From positions 2,852,001-2,916,000 of the forward strand of contig CM022670.1 of NCBI GenBank assembly GCA_012295275.1: 64,000 nucleotides of DNA, read 5' to 3'. The DNA comes from Chrysomallon squamiferum. Lineage: Eukaryota; Animalia; Mollusca. A program made the translations under genes and the position numbers. Under the pieces are notes generated by a model, which was not told the DNA's origin, did no database searches, and worked only from the letters and a program-made list of their open reading frames with translations. Below, piece after piece: positions 63,622-64,000 of the stretch; the first letter of the stretch is position 1, and each line of letters opens with the position of its first letter.

Positions 63622-64000
63622 ATTTTTATTTTGTGTATTTGTGATGGGAGGAGTATTTATTTAATTCTTGCTTTGATTTCTTGTTGATTTTGATTTAATG
63701 GTTTGGTGGGGGTTTTAACGTTTAAAACTTCTCACTTTATTGCATTTTGTCTTATTTTCATTTTTATGTTTTTTTTTATAACTGTTTTAAACATTTGTTG
63801 TGGATTTTCTTGTTTTTCCTATGTAACAACTCAATACTTTTTAATGTTAATGATTATTAAATATAAATCTTTTTTTTTTTAAATACAATACCAGAGATGA
63901 AATCAGCTTTTGTCATATTCTTATCTACTAAACAGCAAAGAATGTTTTGCTTAGGTCCATACCTCCCCATTGGTGGGGGAAAACATCCTGGACTTGGACA

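Overview
AT-rich, microsatellite-laden animal genomic DNA with spliceosomal GT-AG introns. It is probably a mollusc, possibly a gastropod; this is inferred from SINE relics and gene content. I reconstructed four protein-coding genes by hand. (1, 2) Two tandem paralogous 4-exon + strand genes (9776-12875 and 16623-23347) encode secreted proteins of signal peptide + C-type lectin domain (EPD motif, no WND) + 4-Cys PAN/apple domain; the second has a splice-phase anomaly at the CTLD/PAN junction. (3) An intronless 1029-aa multi-pass membrane protein on the - strand (29541-32630) has a signal peptide, a furin-like site and a 6-Cys ectodomain. I cannot assign it to a family, and it is the best candidate for something undescribed. 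(4) A complete 11-coding-exon, 508-aa cytochrome P450 (53452-58879). Non-coding features include an 11-bp to 18-bp unit-switching satellite, two decayed KRBA2/SCAND3-type (Ginger2-like) integrase relics, a Tigger4/Zombi-like pogo MITE in a P450 intron, SINE fragments, local duplications and an apparent CpG-depletion boundary near 52.4 kb. Most short ORFs in the supplied track are microsatellite or antisense artefacts. No database searches were run; family similarities are from recalled consensus sequences.
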